Below are positions 10,107 to 20,547 of a DNA stretch of 64,000 nt, piece after piece. Source of the stretch: an uncultured Prevotella sp. Its GTDB lineage: Bacteria > Bacteroidota > Bacteroidia > Bacteroidales > Bacteroidaceae. Made by a program: the position numbers and the translations under genes. Under the pieces are notes generated by a model that saw nothing but the letters and a program-made list of their open reading frames with translations, did no database searches and was not told the DNA's origin. The stretch spans positions 3,295 to 67,294 of the forward strand of contig USPK01000002.1 of assembly GCA_900556465.1 (NCBI GenBank). Reading direction: 5' to 3'. The stretch's first letter is position 1, and the number at the start of each line of letters is the position of its first letter.

Positions 10107-10379
10107 TCAGTTCACTGCTTCTGCCAGCTCGTTGCTGGGTTTGAATTTGACCACCTTCTTGGCTGCGATTTCGATCTTCTCTTTTGTTGCGGGGTTGATG
10201 CCCGTGCGGGCGGGACGTTCCGTAACGCTGAAGTTACCGAAACCGAGCAGGGCAACTTTGTCCCCCGACTTGAGCGCTTCGGAAATGGCATTGAGCGTCA
10301 CGTCAAGTGCCTTCTTCGCGTCGGCCTTACTCAAACCGCTGCCGGCTGAGATGGCATTGACCAATTCACTTTTGTTCAT
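10107..10379 (-). CDS. hup: HU family DNA-binding protein (90 aa)
   Basis: MNKSELVNAIS...GFGNFSVTERPARTGINPAT...VVKFKPS; TAACTTTG box at 10508-10515 (-). Confidence 0.96.
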   Translation of the reverse strand: MNKSELVNAISAGSGLSKADAKKALDVTLNAISEALKSGDKVALLGFGNFSVTERPARTGINPATKEKIEIAAKKVVKFKPSNELAEAVN

Positions 10380-10599
10380 GGGATTAAGAATTAGGTGTGG
10401 ATAATGTTTTCCTTTGCTCCTTGAGAGCCGCAGAGAAGCAGACTGCGATCCAGTCATTGGCGGCGGCGCGCGGTGTCTTTTCCGAAACTTACAAGGTATG
10501 CACCTGGCAAAGTTAAGTCAACTCGTGGATTTTCCAAAACTTTTGCCGGTTTTTTACGTTGCGACCGCTAAAATGTCGCTCATTGTCACATCTTTTCGC

Positions 10600-12945
10600 T
10601 TAAATGACGACAATTTTGGCCGCAATGCCCTTTTTCCCGTCCGAGGTGGAGACCATGATGTAGTAGACGCCGGAGGCGGCGCGACCGCCGCCGCGGGCCC
10701 GGCCGTCCCAGATGAAGGTGCCGCCCACGGAGGTCCCGGCCGCTACGACGTTGCCCGTCGTGTCGGTCACTTTCACGTCGGCGTCGGCCGTCAGCCCCCG
10801 CACGGTGATGTTACCGCTGTACTCCGGCCGGACCGGGTTGGGGTAGACCGTGACCTGGCTGCGCTGCAGGGCGTCGGACGGCGTGGTCGCTTCGCTTTGG
10901 TAGGAGCAGAGGCCCTGTGAGGTGCCTATCATCACCTCGCCGGTGGCGAGGTTGGGGGCTATGGAGTAGATGCTGTCGCTCAGGAGGGGGGTCGACGCGG
11001 CCTCGAAGTGCTGGAGAATCTCCGTACCGTCGGCGCTGACCAGGTAGAGGCCGTTGCTCTCCGTCCCTATCCACTTGCGGCCGGCCCCGTCGACGGCGAT
11101 GTCCGTAACGGCCACGCCGGCCAGCAGATAGTCCGCGTTGTTCGTGCCGTCGTTGCGCGGCACCTTGATCTGGGTGATGCGGAAGCTCGGCGAGCTCCAC
11201 TCGTCCGGGTCGTTCACCACGTAGAGCCCCGTCGCCGTGCCCATCCAAATGGAACCGTCGGTGTCGAGCGTCAGAGCGTAGACGCCGCCGAAGTCACAGA
11301 CCGTGCCGTCCTCGTTGTAGGCATTGGTGCGGTAGGTCGCCACGTCGTCGTCCGTGTCCGTAAGGGTGCCGTTATAGTCCAGGCAGAGCAGGCCCGCGGT
11401 GTGCGGCGGATTGTCCACGGTGCGTCGGGAAGCCACCCAGAAACGGCCGGCCCGGTCGAAGAGGGCCTTTTCGCACGTCGGCGCCCTGCTGATGCCCTCG
11501 GCGTAGAGACTCTGCCAGGTGCCGTCGGTCTTAAGGACACGGATCACGCTGTCTGCGCTGTTGTTCACCATCCACAGGTTGCCCTCCGCGTCGTAGTTGA
11601 GGCCGTCGAGGCGCACGTAGTTCGGGTCCACACCGTTGAGGGCCGCGGTGAAGAGGGGGCTGTTGCGTGAGTTGTAGTTGTGGACAAACTCGTAGTTGCG
11701 GTATTCGTAGAGCCCGCTGCCGCCGGCCGTGGCGAAGTGGTGCAGGGGGTCGGCGGGGTCCTGTACGATGCAGGTCATGTCGCGGAATCGCAGTCCCGTC
11801 TCCTCCTGTACGCCCTCCTCCTGGAAGGTGGTCCAGCGGCCGTTCTCGTAGGCCATGAGCGTGGCGGGCTGGTGGAGGCGGTCGGAGGGGTCGAGGCGTC
11901 CGCCGGCGATGAGGAGGCGTTCGCCGTAGAACTTCATGTAGTAGCACAGGTCGCGGCGCGGCCCGTAGCCGCCTATGGCTTCGCCCGTGGCGGCGGGTTG
12001 CCCGTCGGCGAGGCGGTAGGGGCGCAGGCCGTCGGCCCCTTCGCAGGCCCAGTAGGTGCCGTCGGACGCCCGCGTCAGCCAGGTCCACGAGGCCACGGGC
12101 TGCCACGTCGTCGCGGCTGCGTCGGGCGCAGTGGGCTCGAAGACGGCGACGCGGTCCGCATTGCGGAAGAGGGCGACGCGGCTGTCGGCATAGCCTTGCG
12201 TGTAGACCCGGGTGTCGATGCGCCGGGCCTCGGGCTGCCCGCCGGCCGTCAGTTCCAGGCGCCACAGGCCGGCGTCGGCCGACGAGGGCACCGTGAAGTA
12301 GAGCCCCCCGGCAAAGGCGTGGAAGGCGTCGGCCGCGGCCCCGAGCGCCTGCGTCAGGGTCCAGTTGTTGCGGTCGGCGGGATTGTCGGCCACGGCGCAG
12401 CTCGCTATGCCCTGGGCCGTGGCGGCGAAGAGGCGGCCCTCGAGGACGGCCGCCGCCGTGACGTTGTCGGCGGGGCGGTAGTATCCGCTGACCTCCTGGC
12501 GCTCCAGGTCGAGGTGCGCCAGGCCGTCGCCGGTGGCCAGGACGGCTTCCGTGCCCGTCACGCACAGGCCCTCCGGCTCCATGTCGCCTTCGTTGCTGTT
12601 CTTCAGCTGCGGCAGGTTGACGACGGAACCGTCGGCGTAGAGCAGGTCAATGTTGCAGTCGGGATAGACCAGCACGAGGCAGCCCAGGGGCTGGCAGTAG
12701 GCCATGCGCGAAATGTTCTTCTCGCTCAGCCCGTCCATCTTCGTGATGGTGCGCACCTCCGTGTCGGCCGGCGAATAGGCCAGCAGGTTGCCGTTGAAGA
12801 GGGCGTAGACCACGTCGCCGGCCGGGACGTTCTGCGAAGCGTCGTGGTAGGCCAGGTAATAGGTCCACTGGGCGACGGGGGCAGCCAGCGCCGCCGGCAG
12901 GGCGGCCGCCAGGGCCGCCAGGATAAGGGTGAAGAGGCGTTTCAT
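10600..12945 (-). CDS. porZ: PorZ-like T9SS surface protein (beta-propellers + C-terminal Ig-like/CTD domain)
   Basis: Signal peptide, WTYYLAY N-terminus, IAVDGAGRKWIGT propeller repeats, VYPNPVRP...SGVYY CTD; 781 aa. Confidence 0.8.
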   Translation of the reverse strand: MKRLFTLILAALAAALPAALAAPVAQWTYYLAYHDASQNVPAGDVVYALFNGNLLAYSPADTEVRTITKMDGLSEKNISRMAYCQPLGCLVLVYPDCNIDLLYADGSVVNLPQLKNSNEGDMEPEGLCVTGTEAVLATGDGLAHLDLERQEVSGYYRPADNVTAAAVLEGRLFAATAQGIASCAVADNPADRNNWTLTQALGAAADAFHAFAGGLYFTVPSSADAGLWRLELTAGGQPEARRIDTRVYTQGYADSRVALFRNADRVAVFEPTAPDAAATTWQPVASWTWLTRASDGTYWACEGADGLRPYRLADGQPAATGEAIGGYGPRRDLCYYMKFYGERLLIAGGRLDPSDRLHQPATLMAYENGRWTTFQEEGVQEETGLRFRDMTCIVQDPADPLHHFATAGGSGLYEYRNYEFVHNYNSRNSPLFTAALNGVDPNYVRLDGLNYDAEGNLWMVNNSADSVIRVLKTDGTWQSLYAEGISRAPTCEKALFDRAGRFWVASRRTVDNPPHTAGLLCLDYNGTLTDTDDDVATYRTNAYNEDGTVCDFGGVYALTLDTDGSIWMGTATGLYVVNDPDEWSSPSFRITQIKVPRNDGTNNADYLLAGVAVTDIAVDGAGRKWIGTESNGLYLVSADGTEILQHFEAASTPLLSDSIYSIAPNLATGEVMIGTSQGLCSYQSEATTPSDALQRSQVTVYPNPVRPEYSGNITVRGLTADADVKVTDTTGNVVAAGTSVGGTFIWDGRARGGGRAASGVYYIMVSTSDGKKGIAAKIVVI

Positions 12946-12963
12946 AAGCTGTGGATAAGCGGT

Positions 12964-13557
12964 TTAACGGGCCGAGTGTTGCTGGAGAAAGGCCATGAGC
13001 CGGGCCACGGCGCGGGCGCGGTGGCTGATACGGTTCTTGGCCTCGACGCCCAGTTCGGCAAAGGTGCGGCCCGTGTCCTCCGGCTCGAAGACCGGGTCGT
13101 AGCCGAAGCCCTCCGTGCCGCGCGGCTCGGTGGCGATGCGGCCGTCCACGCGGCCCTCGAAGAGGTGCTCCTCGCCGTTGAGGATGAGGGCGATGACGGT
13201 GCGGAAGGCCGCCGCGCGGTCGGCGCAGCCGTCGAGGGCCTGGAGCAGCTTGCGCGTGTTGGCTTCCGGGTCGTGGCGGTCCGGGTAGGCGTAGCGCGCA
13301 GTGTGGACGCCGGGCGCGCCGCCCAGGGCGCGGACCTCGAGGCCCGTGTCGTCGGCAAAGCAGTCCAGCCCGTAGCGCTCGCTGACGTAGCGCGCCTTGA
13401 GCAGGGCGTTGCCCTCGAGCGTGTCGGCCGTTTCGGGGATGTCGTCGTGGCAGTCCAGGTCGGCGAGGCTCAGGATGTCGAACTGCGAGCCCGCAATGGC
13501 GCGAATCTCGGCCAGTTTGTGGGCGTTGTTGGTGGCGAATATCAGTTTCATTTTCAT
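12964..13557 (-). CDS. rdgB: Non-canonical purine NTP pyrophosphatase (RdgB/HAM1)
   Basis: [32 protein letters not shown]. Confidence 0.95.
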   Translation of the reverse strand: MKMKLIFATNNAHKLAEIRAIAGSQFDILSLADLDCHDDIPETADTLEGNALLKARYVSERYGLDCFADDTGLEVRALGGAPGVHTARYAYPDRHDPEANTRKLLQALDGCADRAAAFRTVIALILNGEEHLFEGRVDGRIATEPRGTEGFGYDPVFEPEDTGRTFAELGVEAKNRISHRARAVARLMAFLQQHSAR

Positions 13558-13561
13558 ACGT

Positions 13562-14779
13562 TTACGATTTCTTGGAAAGGGCGTCGCGCTGCCGGGCGGC
13601 GGGGGCCAGGCAGCCCGCCAGGGCCGCCACGCAGAAGGGCAGGCCCATGTGGAAGTAGGTGAGGTCGTAGGTGCCGCCGAGCAGTTGGTCCCAGTCGCCG
13701 CGTACGCTCATGTCGTGGACAAACGAGCCCGCGACGACGAGGGTGAGCATCAGGGCCGAGGCGCCCATGGCCCGCTGTGCCCGTCCGCCGGTCCACCAGC
13801 CCAGCGCCACGCCCAGCGGGACGAAGAGCAGGAGGTCCGAGACGTTGCCCTGGCGCGACTGGAGCACGAAGGGGTTGTAGTCGAACGAGAGCAGCATGGC
13901 GCCGTCCCACAGGAGGAAGGGGGCGAACGCGGCGGCGAACGTGAGCACCGCGGCTACGACCAGCCGCACCCGGGCCCGGCCCCCCATCTGCACGAAGGGC
14001 ATCAGGAGCCACAGCCCCCAGGGCACCACGGCGCTCCACCGCGTGGCCAGAAGCAGGCCGCCTATGACGCCGGCCGTCACCGGACGCCGCCGAGCGTTGA
14101 AACCGGCGGCCGCGAGGTAGTTGATCAGGGCGCCTACGGCCAGGAAGTTGGCCATCAGGTCGCTGCGTACTGTCACTTCGTAGACCACGGCGGGCGAGGC
14201 GTAGAGCAGCAGGGCGGCGGCCAGGGCGGCGCGGCCGCCCCGCGCGCGGGCCGTGGAGTGGACGAAGAGGGCCAGGGCCACGACCGACGAGAGCCCGACG
14301 TTGTGAAAGAGCAGGTAGAAGGGCAGGTGGACCAACTGCCACACGGGAAAGGGCGAGCCGTAGCCGCCCAAGTGGGTGCGGGCGGCGTAGGGGTACTCGC
14401 CGGCCAGCAGATGCTCGAGGAAGTTGTGGATGGCCGACCAGCGGTCCACCTGGAGCGTGTAGGGGTCCACGCGGCTCTGTGCCCAGACGAGGAGCACCGT
14501 GGCCACGCCGGCCACGAGGGCGGTCGCTATCCCCGCGCGCCGCCCGCGGCCCGCGGCGTCGGGGGCCGTGCGGCCGGGCGACGGGCGCCGGGAGGTGAAG
14601 GCGACGGCCAGGGCCAGCAAGCCGCCCGCGAGCGCCACGTAGGCCGCGGCGGCTGCCGGGGCCGACAGCCCCATGCGTCCCGCCTGCTTGACGACGACGA
14701 GGGCGTTGATGGCCACGTAGAGCGCGGCCCACCCCGCGGCCGAGGCGTAGCGGGAGACGGATGCCGTATGGATTCTCAT
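13562..14779 (-). CDS. Polytopic membrane protein, possibly a GT-C fold glycosyltransferase
   Basis: About 10 hydrophobic segments; VDRW...GEYPY...GSPFP loop after the first helices; same strand as rdgB and 4 bp from it. Confidence 0.6.
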   Translation of the reverse strand: MRIHTASVSRYASAAGWAALYVAINALVVVKQAGRMGLSAPAAAAAYVALAGGLLALAVAFTSRRPSPGRTAPDAAGRGRRAGIATALVAGVATVLLVWAQSRVDPYTLQVDRWSAIHNFLEHLLAGEYPYAARTHLGGYGSPFPVWQLVHLPFYLLFHNVGLSSVVALALFVHSTARARGGRAALAAALLLYASPAVVYEVTVRSDLMANFLAVGALINYLAAAGFNARRRPVTAGVIGGLLLATRWSAVVPWGLWLLMPFVQMGGRARVRLVVAAVLTFAAAFAPFLLWDGAMLLSFDYNPFVLQSRQGNVSDLLLFVPLGVALGWWTGGRAQRAMGASALMLTLVVAGSFVHDMSVRGDWDQLLGGTYDLTYFHMGLPFCVAALAGCLAPAARQRDALSKKS

Positions 14780-14874
14780 AAGTAAGCGGTTAGGGACGTA
14801 GCCCGGCGGCGGCTTCCAGCCTTCGGCCGCGCGGGCCGGCAGTGGGCCGCACAGGGCGGACGGGGAGGCGCGCC

Positions 14875-14954
14875 ACGGGGCTAAGGCCAGTTTTTACGGG
14901 GCTAAGGCCCGTAATTTCTGGAATAGGCCCCGTGTTTGCGGAAACTGGCCGCGG
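14875..14954. repeat. 21-bp-period palindromic array, copy 2 (4 units)
   Basis: Units at 14875, 14896, 14917, 14938. Confidence 0.9.
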
Positions 14955-14989
14955 AGCCGGTTGCCCGGTGCGGGCCGCCCGGCGGACGG

Positions 14990-16651
14990 TCAGTAGCGGA
15001 ACGTGCTGCCCCCCAGAAACTCGCGCAGCAGCGACGTGGGCGGCAGGCCCTTGGTCGAGATGGGGTTGAAGTAGGAGAGGAACTTGCGCAAGCGGTAGGC
15101 TTCGGAGTACTCCGGGACGTTTTCGGGCACCTGCTCGAGCAGGGGCAACGCCTGGGAGCGCAGGGCCGCTATCTCGAAGAGCAGTGCCGTGTTGACCATT
15201 TCGTCGGCCTCCTCCTGGTAGGGGAATATCCACTTCTCCTCGCCGGCGCGCACCGAGGGCCAGCGGCGTATCGTCTCCTCGGCCGAGTAGCTGCGGTAGC
15301 GATAGTCGCGGACGATGCGGCGCAGCAGGCGGTTGTCCGACGTCGGGATGTAGTTGTGGTCGTCCAGCAGGATGGTGGTCAGGGCCGAGGCGTAGATTTT
15401 GAACTTCGCGGCGGCGGGAATCTTTTCCGTAAGGATGGGGTTGAGGGCATGAATCCCCTCGAGTACGAGCAGAGAGTTGGGCTGCAGGCGCAGGCGGTTG
15501 CCGCTCTTCTCGCTACGGCCCTTCTGGAAGTTGTAACGGGGCAGCTCCACCTCCTCGCCGGCCAGCAGCGCGTTGATCTGTTGGTTGAAGAGCGGGATGT
15601 TCATGGCGTGGACGCTCTCATAGTCGTAGTCGCCGTTGGCGTCGAGCGGCGTCTTCTCGCGGTCTACGAAGTAGTCGTCGAGCGATATGGGGACGGGGTG
15701 CTGGCCGTTGGCCATGAGCTGCACGGAGAGGCGCTTGGCAAAGGTGGTCTTGCCGCTGGAGGACGGGCCCGAGATGAGGATGACCTTCAACTCGGGGTTG
15801 GCCACGATGCGGTCGGCCAGTCGGCTGATTTTCTTTTCCTGCAGCGCCTCCGATACGTTGATGAGGTCGGTGGTGTAGCCCTTGCGGCACATCTCGTTGA
15901 ACTCGCCCACGGTCGATACGCCCAGAATCTCCTGCCAGCGGTGCTGCTCGTTGAAGACGTCGAACATTTTGCTCTGCTCCTTCATGGGGCGCAGCTGGCC
16001 CGGGTGCGCGGGGTCGGGGAGCCGCAGCAGCAGGCCGTCGCCATAGGGGATGACGTCGAAGAGCGTAAGCTGCCGCGTCTGGATGAGTAGCGAGCCGTAA
16101 AAGTAGTCTGCCGTGTCGCCCAGGGTGTAGTACGTCGTGTAGAGCGAGCCATTGCTCTCGAGCAGTTTGGCTTTGTTCTCCAGCCCGTTCTTACGGAAAA
16201 GGGCGATGGCCTCATCCGTCGGACACGTGATGCGGTGGAAAGGCAGGTCGGCGTCTACGATCTCCTGCATGCGGCAACGCAGGCGGTCGACGACCTCGGG
16301 CGTCACGCCCCCCTCCATGAGGCAGCGGCAGTAGTAGCCGTTGGAGACGGGCGTGTCGATGCGGAGCCGGGCGTCGGGGAACAGGTCGCGCACGGCCTTG
16401 TAGAGCACGAAGAAAAGTGAGCGCGTATAGGTGCGCATGCCGGAGGGAGAGGAAATGTCGAGAAACTCTACGTCCTTGTCGTTGAAGAACATGAAGTGAA
16501 GTCCTTCCACTTTGTTGTTCACCTTGGCGCTGGTCACGCCCAGCGGCATGTCTATCTCCAGCATTTCGTAGACTTCCTCGAGCGTGAAGCCCATAGGCAC
16601 TTTGTGGCTGCGGCCTGTGTTCTTGCAGCGGATGGTAATCGTTTTCCCCAT
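14990..16651 (-). CDS. Nucleoside (uridine) kinase family protein with N-terminal TGS/ThrRS-like region
   Basis: Start MGKTITIRC; P-loop ISGPSSSGKTT, SLDDYF, EGIHALNP, RWPSVRAGE, EFLGGS. Confidence 0.88.
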   Translation of the reverse strand: MGKTITIRCKNTGRSHKVPMGFTLEEVYEMLEIDMPLGVTSAKVNNKVEGLHFMFFNDKDVEFLDISSPSGMRTYTRSLFFVLYKAVRDLFPDARLRIDTPVSNGYYCRCLMEGGVTPEVVDRLRCRMQEIVDADLPFHRITCPTDEAIALFRKNGLENKAKLLESNGSLYTTYYTLGDTADYFYGSLLIQTRQLTLFDVIPYGDGLLLRLPDPAHPGQLRPMKEQSKMFDVFNEQHRWQEILGVSTVGEFNEMCRKGYTTDLINVSEALQEKKISRLADRIVANPELKVILISGPSSSGKTTFAKRLSVQLMANGQHPVPISLDDYFVDREKTPLDANGDYDYESVHAMNIPLFNQQINALLAGEEVELPRYNFQKGRSEKSGNRLRLQPNSLLVLEGIHALNPILTEKIPAAAKFKIYASALTTILLDDHNYIPTSDNRLLRRIVRDYRYRSYSAEETIRRWPSVRAGEEKWIFPYQEEADEMVNTALLFEIAALRSQALPLLEQVPENVPEYSEAYRLRKFLSYFNPISTKGLPPTSLLREFLGGSTFRY

Positions 16652-16741
16652 ATCGTCTGGTTTACGGATTTGTGAAAGCGGGGCGGCGCGCGGCGCGGGC
16701 GTCCGCGCCACTCCTATAATAATAACGCGGCAGCGGACGGA

Positions 16742-18079
16742 TTAGTGTGCGGCCGGGGCGCTTTCTGCCGCGGCGGACACCACCTCGCCCTTGAGCGTGG
16801 CGGAGGTGGACGACGTGACGCGCACCTGGACGTATTGCCCGGGATGCCATGGCCCGCGGTCGAAGACAACGACCTTGTTCTGCTCCGTGCGGCCGAAGAG
16901 CTGCTCGCGCGAGCGCTTGCTCGTGCCCTCTATGAGCACTTGGAACGTGCGCCCTTCGCAGCGGCGGTTGCTCTCGGCCGAGAGCTCGTTCTGCAGGGCG
17001 ATGAGCTCCTCGAGCCGGCGCGTCTTCACCTCCTCCGGGACGTCGTCGGGCAGATGGCGGGCCGCGTACGTCCCGGGCCGTTGGCTGTACTTGAACATGA
17101 AGGCGGCGTCGTAGGCGCACTCGCGCATGAGCGAGAGCGACTGTTGGTGGTCCTCCTCCGTCTCCGAACAGTAGCCCGCGAAAATATCCGTCGACAGGCC
17201 GCAATCGGGGACGATGCGACGGATGGCGGCCACGCGGTCCAGGTACCAGGCCCGCGTGTACTTGCGGTTCATGAGGTGAAGGATGCGGTCGGACCCGCTC
17301 TGCACGGGCAGATGGATGTGGCGGCACACGTTAGGCTCCTCGGCGATGACGTGAAGCGTCTCGTCGCTCATGTCCTTGGGGTGGCTCGTCGTGAAGCGGA
17401 CGCGCAGGCCGGGGACGGCGCGCGCCACCGTGCGCAACAGTTGCGGGAAACGCACGTCGCCGCACGCGTAGCTGTTCACGTTTTGCCCCAGGAGCGTCAC
17501 CTCCTTGTAGCCCCGCTCGGCCAGGTCGCGCGCCTCGCGCAGGATGCTCTCCACGTCGCGCGAGCGTTCCCGGCCCCGCGTGTAGGGGACAATGCAGTAG
17601 TGGCAAAAGTTGTTGCAGCCGCGCGTTATGCTCACGAAGCCCGAGAGGCGGGACGCGTGGCTGCGCAAGGGGACGACGTCGCGGTAGGTCTCTGTGGTGG
17701 AAAGCTCGGTGTTGATGGCTTTGTGGCCCGTCTCGGCCTGTGCCACGAGGTCCGGCAGGGAGAGGTAGGCGTCCGGTCCGGCCACGAGGTCGGCGTGGTG
17801 GCGCGTGAGCAGCTCGTCCTTGACGCGCTCGGCCATGCAGCCCAGCACGCCGATGATGAAGTGGCGGCCGCCGCGGCGCAGGGCCTCGAGCGCCTCGAGG
17901 CGGTGGACGATTTTCTGCTCGGCGTTGTCGCGGACGGAGCACGTATTCAGGAAAACAGCGTCGGCGCCCTCGAGCTCCGGCCAAGGCTCGTAGCCGGCCA
18001 TGCGCATAACGGCGGCGACGACTTCACTATCGGCCACGTTCATCTGGCAGCCGTAAGTTTCGATGTACAGTTTCTTCAT
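16742..18079 (-). CDS. miaB: tRNA-i6A37 methylthiotransferase
   Basis: TYGCQMN, NTCSVR, GCMA, radical SAM CNNFCHYC and C-terminal TRAM domain; TACCTTTG box at 18112-18119 (-). Confidence 0.96.
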   Translation of the reverse strand: MKKLYIETYGCQMNVADSEVVAAVMRMAGYEPWPELEGADAVFLNTCSVRDNAEQKIVHRLEALEALRRGGRHFIIGVLGCMAERVKDELLTRHHADLVAGPDAYLSLPDLVAQAETGHKAINTELSTTETYRDVVPLRSHASRLSGFVSITRGCNNFCHYCIVPYTRGRERSRDVESILREARDLAERGYKEVTLLGQNVNSYACGDVRFPQLLRTVARAVPGLRVRFTTSHPKDMSDETLHVIAEEPNVCRHIHLPVQSGSDRILHLMNRKYTRAWYLDRVAAIRRIVPDCGLSTDIFAGYCSETEEDHQQSLSLMRECAYDAAFMFKYSQRPGTYAARHLPDDVPEEVKTRRLEELIALQNELSAESNRRCEGRTFQVLIEGTSKRSREQLFGRTEQNKVVVFDRGPWHPGQYVQVRVTSSTSATLKGEVVSAAAESAPAAH

Positions 18080-18188
18080 GAAGATTTGCGTAGAAAAACG
18101 TTGTCTCGGGGCAAAGGTACGGAAAAAACGGCGCACCCGCAAACGCACGGCGCCCGCCTTCCGGTCTGCTGCGACAGGGAGGCGGGCG

Positions 18189-18310
18189 CAGGGGTCGGGC
18201 CCGGCTTTTACGGGCCCTATCCCAGTTTTTACGGGGCTAAGGCCCGTAATTTCTGGAATAGGGCCCGTGTTTCCTGAAACTGGCCCCGCAATTTCCGGGC
18301 CAGGGCGCGT
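18189..18310. repeat. 21-bp-period palindromic array, copy 3 (up to 6 units)
   Basis: Units at 18189, 18210, 18231, 18252, 18273, 18294; outer units degenerate. Confidence 0.9.
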
Positions 18311-18358
18311 GGCGGGGACGGGAGGGCGCGCCGGGCCGTGCCGTAGCGGCGGGCGGCC

Positions 18359-20479
18359 TCAGTGACGGCGCGGCAGGTGGAGGCCCGTGCCGAAGAAGCC
18401 GGGGCGTTCCGGATCGGCGGCGGGCTCTTTCTTCATTTCGGGGTAGGCTATGCGCGTGTGGTAGATCGTCTTGAGGCTGTCGACGAGGACACGCTTGGCG
18501 TCGGCGATGTCGCGGAACGTGAGCGGGCACTCCCGGAAGCAGCCGTCGGCCAACTGGCCGTCGACGATGCGGTCTACGAGGGCGCGGATGCTCTCCTCGG
18601 TGTATTCCTTCAGGCTGCGGGAGGCGGCCTCGACGGCGTCGCACATCATGAGGATGGCCTGTTCGCGCGTCCAGGGATTGGGGCCCGGGTAGCTGAAGAG
18701 CTTGCGGTCTACCTCCTCGCCCGGGTGCTTGTTGCAGTACTGTATGTAGAAATATTTCGCGAGGCCTTTCCCGTGGTGCGTGGCTATGAAGTCGCGGATG
18801 ACGCTCGGGAGGTGGTACTTCTCGGCCAGGCGCAGTCCGTCCGTGACGTGGCCGATGATGATCTGCGCGCTGCGCTCTTCGCTCAGGCTGTCGTGCGGGT
18901 TGACGCCGTTCTGGTTCTCGGTGAAGAAGGCCGGGTTGAGCATCTTGCCGATGTCGTGGTAGAGCGCGCCGGTGCGGACCAGTTGCGGCTTGGCGCCGAT
19001 CTTGTCCGCCACCTCGGCGGCCAGGTTGGCCACCTGCATGGAGTGGTTGAACGTGCCCTGGGCCACCTTCGACATCTTTCGGAGGATGGGATTGTTGATA
19101 TTGGTCAGTTCGACGAGCGTTACGCTGGAGGTGAAGCCGAAGAGGCGCTCGACGAGGTACATGAGCGGGTAGGCAAAGAGCATCAGGCCCCCGCCGATGA
19201 CGATGTAGACGGCGCGCGAGCGGTCGAAGGCTTCCCAGTTGAGGCCCTGCGACATGTCGTAGCAGATGCTCACCACGAGGCCGGCGGCTACGACGGCCGT
19301 CACCGTGCGCAGCAGCTGCGAGCGCTCCGTCAGTTCGCGCAGCGTGTAGATGGCCGTCAGGCCCGTCACCATCTGCCAGAGCATGAACTCGAAGGGGCTG
19401 TGGAGCGACAGGGCCGAGAGCAGCGACGACGTGATGAGCGCCACGAAGGCCGTGCGCGAGTCCATGAAGATGCGCGCAAAGATGGGGACAATCGTGTAAG
19501 GCACGAGGTAGACGCTATAAAAGTGGTGCTCCATCATGAGATAGGTCACGATGGGGAAAAACGTAATGAGCGAATAGAGCAGCATAATGGTGTGGGGCGA
19601 GCGGAGGTAGTCCCGGCGGAAGAGCTTCAGGTAGAAGTAGAGCAGCGACAGGATGACGAGGACCGAAGCCGTCTGCCCGGTGAAGACAAGCCAGAACCCC
19701 CGCGACGGGTCCATACGGCGTTCGCTTTCTTTCTTTAGGGAGTCGAGTATCTTCACATGCTCCGCGTTGACGATCTGCCCGCGGTCGATGATGAGCTGCC
19801 CGCTCTGTACCATGCCGCTGTAGGGGATGAGCTTCGCCAACTCGCCCTCGCGCTCCGAGCGCGTTTTCTCCTGGTCGATGGCCAGGTTGGGCGCCAGGTA
19901 GTTGTTGAGGTTGCAGGCCTGGAGCACGGCGTAGGAGACGCTGCCCGAGTCGCGCGACATGATGTAATCGTAGGCCGTGCGCGTGGTGCGTAGCCGGGAA
20001 AGTTCCATGTTAGTGGACTCCTGCCCCTGGATGATGCGCAGCCCCGGCGCCTCGGCGGCCTGCAGGCGCTCCAGCTGGCCGGCGTCGATGATGCCCTCGT
20101 CGTAGACCTGGCGGAACAGTTCCACCAGCCGCGGCAGGTAGTAGCCCGGCAAGCCCTTGAACTTCCCGGCGTAGAAGTCGTTGCGCAGGGCGCGGATGTT
20201 CTTTTCCGCCACCTGCCCGTCCAGGATGAAGTAGGGCCGGAAGCCGTGCATGACGCTGTCGCGCTCTTTCTTTATCTCCGCGTCGGTTTTGTAGATGGGG
20301 AAGTCGTAGGAGGCGATGAGCTGCTGGTATCGCCAGGGCTTGTTCAACTCGTAGTCGTAGCCGAACTTGCTTTCCCGTGGAAAGAAATAGATAAGGGCTA
20401 CGACGCAGACCAGCATCGTGGTGGAGAGGGTGAGCAGGCTCTTGCTCGAAGGCCTGCGCCAGTTGTTCGTGGAGTTCAT
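18359..20479 (-). CDS. 7TM-HD membrane phosphohydrolase (PgpH-like)
   Basis: N-terminal TM, extracellular domain, 7 TM, then HD domain GTFNHS...LYHDIGK...HHG...DAVEAASRSL. Confidence 0.88.
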   Translation of the reverse strand: MNSTNNWRRPSSKSLLTLSTTMLVCVVALIYFFPRESKFGYDYELNKPWRYQQLIASYDFPIYKTDAEIKKERDSVMHGFRPYFILDGQVAEKNIRALRNDFYAGKFKGLPGYYLPRLVELFRQVYDEGIIDAGQLERLQAAEAPGLRIIQGQESTNMELSRLRTTRTAYDYIMSRDSGSVSYAVLQACNLNNYLAPNLAIDQEKTRSEREGELAKLIPYSGMVQSGQLIIDRGQIVNAEHVKILDSLKKESERRMDPSRGFWLVFTGQTASVLVILSLLYFYLKLFRRDYLRSPHTIMLLYSLITFFPIVTYLMMEHHFYSVYLVPYTIVPIFARIFMDSRTAFVALITSSLLSALSLHSPFEFMLWQMVTGLTAIYTLRELTERSQLLRTVTAVVAAGLVVSICYDMSQGLNWEAFDRSRAVYIVIGGGLMLFAYPLMYLVERLFGFTSSVTLVELTNINNPILRKMSKVAQGTFNHSMQVANLAAEVADKIGAKPQLVRTGALYHDIGKMLNPAFFTENQNGVNPHDSLSEERSAQIIIGHVTDGLRLAEKYHLPSVIRDFIATHHGKGLAKYFYIQYCNKHPGEEVDRKLFSYPGPNPWTREQAILMMCDAVEAASRSLKEYTEESIRALVDRIVDGQLADGCFRECPLTFRDIADAKRVLVDSLKTIYHTRIAYPEMKKEPAADPERPGFFGTGLHLPRRH

Positions 20480-20547
20480 TGCGGAAATGTGTCAATACGG
20501 CGGGCCGCAGGTGGATGGAACAGGGAAAGGAGAGGGCGGGCCGGCGG

